From assembly GCF_009914755.1 (NCBI RefSeq), contig NC_060930.1: 64,000 bases of DNA. One strand, written 5' to 3'. The stretch comes from the human T2T-CHM13v2.0 reference genome, Homo sapiens. Every line of letters begins with the position of its first letter. The first letter of the stretch is position 1. Below are positions 56,171 through 64,000 of this stretch, piece by piece. A model generated the notes under the pieces. The model had not been told where the DNA came from. It made no database searches and saw only the letters and a program-made list of their open reading frames with translations. The translations under genes were made by a program, and so were the position numbers.

Positions 56171-57422
56171 TTAAATTTGAAGAGTAGGTGAGATTTTCTG
56201 CAGGAATGATTATAGAATCCCCCCAAAAATTTCACTCCATATGTCAATACTAGTAGGCAAAGATAAAAAGAGGCCATACTAAGACTGTCCCATCCCAAAG
56301 GGAAGAAAAGATACAAAATCATATGGAAAACAAAAATACACACAAACACAAGCAGTAGAAACTTTCTGCCATCAGAAATTCCCTTTTGGAAAAAAAAATC
56401 GTGAAACAATTTGTGTGATCATTTATCGGTCAAGGCCTCAGGGAAACCAAGTGGATGTAGTATTCTGAAAAATCAGTGCAATGAATGCAAGAAAACCTAA
56501 AGGTGCTACGAATAAAGTAACCAGAGTTTGAATGCTGTGCAACTAAATGTAAAGTTTATCACAATTGTTTCCACTTTAGAAAATGTAAAAGTTTCATATT
56601 ATAAGTGTTCAAAAATAAAAAAACCTTCAATCAAAGATATCTGTAATGCCTTCCAGTTCCTACTGAGTAGTGCCAAATAGAAGCTGAGCAAAAGTAGGGT
56701 ATCACAGAAGGAAAATGGTGTAGCTTGGATTTGCTTAGGTCTGCCTAAATCTCCAGCTCAAGTTTCCAACACAATATGCATCACTCCTTTGGACTCTACT
56801 AAACCCAGAGTCCCCACCCAAAATATCAAATCCTACTGCCCTACTCTGTTCTCACAGCGGCCTAAAGCATCTCCTCATTCATCCATTTATGTTCCTTATT
56901 CCCCATATCATATACTCCTCTGGTCACTTTAATATATGACCACAGTAGTAGTTGTAACTTATTCTCATCTCTTGCTATTTAGGTTGTACCTGAAACAACC
57001 AAATCGTAGGAACAAAATTGCCATAGAATGGAGAGACAATTACAAGCAGGAAAAAAACCCTCTTCTTGCTTCCTCCATTATCTTATGGTGCACATTTTTC
57101 AGATGGAGTCCAAATTAGAAGATGGTAACATGGACCCAAACAAAGAGAGTTGTTATAGAAAAATTGAGAAACGTAAGTGGTCTCTGCCATATTAGATTAT
57201 AATCTAGTTCTAGGAAATCAGTAGTAAACCTACAATTATGGCAAACAATTCTAACTATCCTAGTTCATTATTAATTACCATTAAGAAAAAGTCTGTCATC
57301 ACACTGATTTAGTAAGTTTTAGGGAATGGTCAATTTCTCAACAAGATATTAATTGTATTAATTCAGCAGTATTATTAAAGGCCTCTTTATGTCAAATAAG
57401 AGGTTGTAAAGATTACACTAAC

Positions 57423-59456
57423 CTTTTCTTTTATCTGCCATGATGAATTTCCTTCTGGATACTTCCTTTTCCCCCACTGCAGTATGACCATGCCACGAGA
57501 CTGAAGCAGGCTGCCACACACATCCCTCATTAACTTGGATACACATGAGAGCTGACATAAGCTGAAGCCATCGAGAAAGCCTGCAATATGCTGCAGGACC
57601 TCAAAAGGAAGACTACTTAGATGGTCATTATGTAATCCCAACACACAGTTTCTAGCAGGCTCCACTAATACTGTAGATACACATGGCTGAACTCCAAATG
57701 ACCTCAATTGGCGGTCATGTATAATCTTTGCTCCTTGTATTGATGGACAAAATCTACGCTGAGAATAGGTACAACCATAGTAAGCTAAAGGGCACCTCTG
57801 TTCCATCCAGCCATTGAGTCCAGCATGAATGTCACCATGCACATTCTTAAAGTGGGAAGAAAATTCTTTCCTTCTAAATAACTGTCCACACACAAAGGTA
57901 AACATTGAACGCTGCTTGGGTTGGTACCTAGCGACACATTCCAATACTAAATCCAGCCCAAGTGTCTGAAACGGACTTGGATTTGAAAGCTGTGGATTGG
58001 CATGATCACAAGCTGAAGCTGAAGCTATCTCCCCAACCATTGTACTTGTAGCTAATATTGCAGATGGAAGTGAAAAAGTCTGAGTCCCAACGTCAATGTG
58101 ATAAATATCAGCCATGCGGCTATCAGATATACCCCTCCCTCCTGGAGAATCTCCTAGACAAAAAAGCAATGCTGCTGTGATCAGATCTATTCCTTGGAGG
58201 CCCATAGGATCTTCTGCAACTTCCAAATCTGATGTATCTACTGCTTTATCTTCCTTTGGTTTAGACCAACATGAATTAGAAAGAAAATTGAATGAAGGAG
58301 CATGACTGAAAGATAAGACATCCACATTCTTCATGTCCCCTAAGTCTACTTTTTTCCAACACAATTCACCTTCACCTTCATCATCTGGCATGAGGATATG
58401 CTGAACTGTGCCATTAGGCAAAGCACTGGATGGTATTATTTCCCTAAGTTGTGCTGCCACCGCAAGTGAGCTGGAAGGTTTTGAAGTGCCATCTGATGAT
58501 GCCACACAGTCTCCATTTGTTAAGTTACTTTGTTTTGAATCACCATGTAAATTCTGATTCTGGTCTATGACCTGGGTACATATATTTTCCAAAGGAAAGC
58601 CATTACAAAGAGCAGAAGTGTCATAAGAACTTGTATTCAAGTCACATAATAAATCACTTGAACCATTTTGTTCAGACTGGGCATTCTGATTTGTGTCATT
58701 GTAGTCAATTCCACCTACTGCTCCTATTTCCTCCTCATAAAGATGATCTTGGTCTTTCAAGTTTTGATCCTCTAAGCTTTCTCTCGCATTTTGCTGTTCA
58801 TCCATGTCATTTGGGACACTTGTATTTAACATGCCAATGTCTCTTGTAGCAGTATTCAGGATATCCAAAGCAGCAGCCAAACTTCTGGTTGTTTCTACAG
58901 TAGCTTGATAAAGTGCACCATAAGATTCTTCATCAACAGACACTAAACCATTAGCATGTGGTATTTCTGGGACACTTGATTTAACTGAGATTTGTTCTCT
59001 AGGTTTGGATACTTTATCAGTTGCTTTTGACATCATGGTGGCTACTTTGAGGGATTCTAAGAGCATCCTTTGGTCTTGAAGAGCCAAGGCCATATCCAAT
59101 TGTGCCACTTCATCGACATCTCTGCTTAGATTTTCATATGATTTCCGGTCTGCATAACTAACTGGCCATCGATTCCATTCCATAGTACAGCACACCACAC
59201 TTGCAGGACACATTTCTAGATGTTCAGCAACTTTATTTCGGGCCATGGTAAATGGACATCCAAAGTCACTATTTAAGCAAGGCACTCGTTCAAATGGACA
59301 TAAAAGTCGATGCTCATCAGCTTTACAAGAATGGAAAACTGCACCACAAACCAATGGACAACCAATCAAATCACAGGAAATCCCTGGCTCTGGCCTGGTC
59401 ATGCACCGTCTACTGACACAATTCACACAATGGGAATGCTGCAGCTCCTCCTCCAT
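57423..59456 (-). CDS. FBXO30: FBXO30 coding exon 2 (codons 1-678): N-terminal TRAF-type zinc finger, acidic/low-complexity middle, second Cys/His cluster, F-box
   Basis: Translation MEEELQHSHCVNCVSRRC...LSSLPFEVLQHIAGFLDGFSLCQLSCVSKLMRDVC...SSWQIKEK is recognisably FBXO30. ATG is plus-strand cat at 59454-59456. Donor AAG|GTTAGT at 57423/57422. Acceptor: polypyrimidine tract plus CAG (AG at 59473-59474), so the exon starts at 59472 with 16 nt of 5' UTR. 2034 coding nt, phase 0. Confidence 0.98.
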
Positions 59457-60139
59457 AATGGCCAGTCCAGCTCTGGTTGATGAAATGGAAAAAGATAAGA
59501 AATTAGCCAAAAAATGGTTGATTTTTCAAAATTGTTTAATAATTAAATCACTAATTTATCTAATATCTTGGTTTATTTTAGGATGACATATATAAAATAA
59601 ACATACTTAACCAGTTAATTTTACATATAATCAATGTCTTGAAAGGATGTAAGCACTTACATTCTAGTAACAATTCAATACTGTAGAATGTCATAACGGT
59701 TCATTTTTATATACTATATAACAATATGCCTAAAAGGGCAAAAGTTTCAAAATATACTATTTAAATTCTAATACTGTGTATTATTTAATGTTAAAAACAA
59801 GTTAATGTGTATTTTAGATTTCAGAGTGTTTTTCACTTTTACCTTTCTAATTTCAACTAAACTGATTTTGATTGTACCCCACATTTCAGAGATCTTGTAT
59901 TACTAAAAGAACAATATGAATTTCATGAATATATTTAAAACTTTCTTAGAAGTCTTTTTTTATTCCTTCTAAATGAATTCATTTAAGATTTCATCTATTG
60001 ATCTCTCCTTCTATATATGCCTTAATAAATTCTGCCACAAATTAAGTAAGTCTTAATTAGAACATACAAGGAATTTATCCAGAAAATAAAAGTTCAAGCT
60101 CAAGCTCTGTGGCTGTGGGCAAATAACTTACTTTTGAGG

Positions 60140-60660
60140 GCCACATTCATTCATTAAATGCCTATTTATTGTTTAACTATCATGGACCATGCACTGTGTT
60201 TGGTGTGGCAATATAAAGATTAGCAAGTCACAGTGCCTCCTCTCAAAAAGCTACAGCAGGATGTCAAAGACAGTAAAAAGTGTATCTCGTTTTTATGTGG
60301 TCAATTTGACAGAAGTAAAATGGTACCAATAGAGAAGATAATAATCAATATGAGTAGGGATTAGAGAATAAATCACAGTAGTCTTGAAAGAGAAGTCTTA
60401 AGTATGGGACGGTAAACTGGTAAGAAAGAGAGGCATTCAATGCAGAAGTAATAGCATATGCAAATACAGAAAAGCATGAATTAGCAAAACCTCAAGTTCC
60501 CTAGTATTGTTGGATCACAGGGGAAAATGCCAGGTATCTGTAAGAGATGAGGTCAGAAAGGAATAAGGCAAATCATGATGAGTGCTTTATGCTGCTCCAA
60601 AGAGTTCACACTTTTACAACTGGAAGTCACTGAGAATTTTAAGCAGAGAAATAGTTCTAT
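60140..60660 (-). mobile_element. L2 fragment
   Basis: cattcattcattaaatgcctatttattg...ggaagtcactgagaattttaagcag. Confidence 0.65.
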
Positions 60661-60886
60661 AAAATAACATGAATGGATTATAGATGTCTAATGGTCTTCC
60701 CTGCTTTAAAATTTCCATCATAACCTTTATAAAGAAAAGTTTTATATGAAAAATAAAAGTCTAACCATAATATATTGACTTAATTATAATTATTGAGCCT
60801 ATTCAATGTATTTTTAGTATAATCAACTTCTTTACTGGTGTGTTTCCTATTAGCAATAAAAACTTTAAAAGATTATTTAACCTTTA

Positions 60887-61203
<317 letters not shown>

Positions 61204-61339
61204 TGAAATAATAACATAATATCCCCCCTTTACCACCATTTTTTTTTTCTTATCCAGTCAAGCTTTCAAAAGAAAAACTGAAAACCACCAAAAAAAAAAC
61301 GTCTAATTTCCTATATATTCTTTAACTCTCTATTCTGGC

Positions 61340-61900
61340 CCCATTTTTACTACCCCTATTAAAACTGCTCTGCTGAGAACCTCAATACTAAATCTGGAGG
61401 CATATTTTTCTAGACCCCATCTTCCTTGGCCATTGTATCCTGATGATGACTAATCCCTTATTTTAGGACTATTACATCCTCTTACTTTTCATGATGTCAC
61501 TCCAGTCTTTCTCCTACCCTTAGTCTTCTTAACTATTACTCAATAATAATTATTTAAATATTGCATTTCTTCAGGGCTTGTGTCATTTTTTGCTTATTCT
61601 GTACATTCTCCCTGGGTGCTCTCATTTTCTCCAAAAGTTTCAATTACCATACATAAGCTGAAAATCCGTCTATACATGCTGCCCAGATTCCTCTTTCAAA
61701 CTCCTCTTCACTCTCTACAATGGATTACTTATGATATATTTCTACTTGTATATGGCACAGGCAACTCAGTTCAACATTTCCAAAATTAAATTACATTGTA
61801 GTAGACAAGAATTTTCTGGATAGGAAGGTGATTCTTATCCTGTTTTCTTCACCTCAGTGCGTAAGAGATTATTAACTCTCTGACATATTTTTCCATAAAA
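61340..61900 (+). mobile_element. L2 fragment
   Basis: aaaactgctctgctgag...ctcagttcaacatttccaaaattaaatt. Confidence 0.55.
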
Positions 61901-62799
61901 TCTATCTTGGCTCCAGGTAACTAATTAATCACTCCTCAATTGCTATTATCTTTTTCTCCAGTTGAGGTATAAGTTTTCTCAAACTAAAATAACAAAAGTG
62001 TACCTGAATCATCATCAACAGAGCTTTTCTTGATTCAGTAGAAAAGTTCCGAGTTGATATTATGGTGTTCAATGATGTCAAAAAAAGACAAGGTATATAT
62101 TCAACGCCAAACCTATATTTTTTAATTGTGTTAAAAACTACAAATTATGAGTTGAATACTTTTAAATGTTTATCTTCATGAATTTTAGACATAAGTATAG
62201 AAATATATAAATAGACATACTAAAATAGTCATATAGAAATAAAAGACTAATAACAAACATTTGTAAATTAACCAGACATTTAAAGAAAAACTTTATTAAG
62301 AATTATGACAAATCTTACTGAGTGATTAGACTGTGAAAACAGCTGTAGCTTTCTTATTTTGCAGGAACTAGACTGAGTTGATCTCACATGCTGAAGGTTA
62401 CAAGCTTGACTGTTACTAAGGGAGAAACCTAAAAATACAAGCAGTTTCACCAGAAGTAACCAGTGCTCTCAGAAGTTTTAGGGACACTTTATGTTACTGT
62501 ACACACCATCACATGACATCACCAGGCAAAACATATCTTAAAAACATCACTTAATTCAAAAGTGCTTAAAATAGCAACTGCTTGCAACAGGGTCTGAGTT
62601 AAAAGCAAAAACAGCAATAATTTTCAAAGGTAGAAGGAAAGTAGTCAAGCTTCAAACAAATAGTCTCTTTTACACTACCCATCCCCCTTTGAATAAGGTT
62701 TCAAAAAAGCATCCATAGCAACAAGTTCATAACATTTATTATTTTCTGAAGTAGACTTAGAAGGAAGAGAGAACAGTAATTATGTACCTATTTTATCCT

Positions 62800-62920
62800 T
62801 CTTTACACATCTTTATAACAACCTGGAGGAAACTGAGGTTCAGAAAGAGCAAGTGATCTGCCCAAGGTCATCTACCTAGTAAGTGGCAGAGCTAGGACTG
62901 TATGTTCTAGCTCCACGTCT
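62800..62920 (-). mobile_element. MIR core
   Basis: gaggaaactgaggttcagaaagagcaagtgatctgcccaaggtc...gtaagtggcagagctagga. Confidence 0.8.
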
Positions 62921-64000
62921 GATCAACATCCATGGACAATAACAGGTATGTTTACTTATAAAAGTTTAAAAAACTTAGGCAGCACTTCTGTAACTGGTGA
63001 TCCAATGTTAAGATGTTATGTGAAGAATGGAGATTACACAACTTTGCTTGTAGTTTATCCCAACACTTAATCACTCCTGTGGTCAAGAAAGTCTTTTGGT
63101 CCCTTCCAATTATAATAGCATTTTACTCTGCTTTGAATATATATGTTTTAAATTATTTGAAGAATAATTTACATAGATAATGCTCAGTATAAGTGTATGG
63201 AACATTATATTACTAAATTTAACAATTATTAAAATAGCCATACAAATGAGGAGTGAATTTCAATTCCATTTTCCTATTAACTATATTAAGAAAAAAGTTA
63301 AGAAAATATAGTAGTCAATACTCAGAGTATTCTGGGAATAGAATCCTCAGCTTCAGAATTTAAAACTCTCCTAGATTCATCCTCTTCCTAATCAAGACCA
63401 CTACTATCAAATTAAACATGCCTTTATAAAGTATTTTGCAATTGCTTGTAAATCCTGTAAAACAGGTTTAAAAACATCAATCTCTTATTTATCAGTTAAC
63501 AGTGACACAGTAGGCACAGTAGAAAACAACTAACATCTCTAATAATTTATATTTGAATTTAAATTGTTGGAAAAGTTTCGCTGGACCAGAAAATATTAGT
63601 AAATCATCAAATGTTTTCAATTCTTTCAATTTTCTCTGAGAGAAGTTCTTTGCCAACTCATACTCTGTGGCTGACAAGCAATTCATTAAAATAGTTCTAA
63701 GACATGGCATTTTCCCATATAATGAAATGAGATCTTGTCATTAAAGGCATAAATATATTGCCCTCAAAAAAGCATTTTTAAAAAATTCATTAAAATACAT
63801 AAGGAGGTAAGTAAATATAAAGAAGTGCAAATTAGCATGATTTTAAAATATAAGAGTCATCTAATGTATTCAAAATAACCTGCTGCCTCCAGGCTGTTCC
63901 TAATGTCTGCCTCTACCTCTAACACACAGACACAGACACACATCCCTTTTCCTCCCCACACGCCCCTGCTGCCTCAACCCTAAGTCTTGGCTTACCTGTT

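Noticed and set aside
57387-57422. C-terminus VSVIFTTSYLT* in the ORF track
   Set aside because: Read-through of the intron 2 donor; splicing to 53360 gives the proper C-terminus.
59457-59510. 18-aa N-terminal extension (MANFLSFSISSTRAGLAI) in the ORF track
   Set aside because: It starts at a TTG inside the intron's polypyrimidine tract. The acceptor at 59473-59474 removes most of it and the real start is the ATG at 59456.
63700-64000. FBXO30 main promoter / CpG island
   Set aside because: CpG density stays very low to the window end, so the main first exon must lie further right.

Overview
Primate (almost certainly human) AT-rich genomic DNA containing the 3' part of FBXO30 on the minus strand. 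Coding exon 2 spans 57423-59472 (ATG at 59456) and the last exon's CDS spans 53157-53360; together they give the complete 745-aa F-box/TRAF-zinc-finger protein. The 3' UTR is long, with candidate poly(A) signals at 51208 and 46568; the non-coding first exon lies beyond the right edge. The copy encodes Met375 and Gln583, which I recall as known FBXO30 polymorphisms (unverified). Bases 1-45.7 kb are a dense, nested transposable-element field: L1, Alu, L2/MIR, ERVL/MaLR, Tigger, hAT-Charlie MITEs, MADE2 and the piggyBac MITE MER75. I see no new protein-coding gene or new biological system; the short ORFs are repeat-derived or uninterpretable. The most unusual structures are: (1) a young L1HS-lineage insertion (ACG/A type) with a twin-priming inversion and a probably serial 3' transduction, sitting exactly in the target-site duplication of an older Alu; (2) two hAT MITEs stacked on one 8-bp site; (3) an inverted HERV-L/MLT2A1 3' fragment without normal proviral ends inside an older ERVL; (4) an intact-ended MER75. 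Repeat subfamily calls come from recalled consensus sequences, and boundaries without a stated TSD are approximate.
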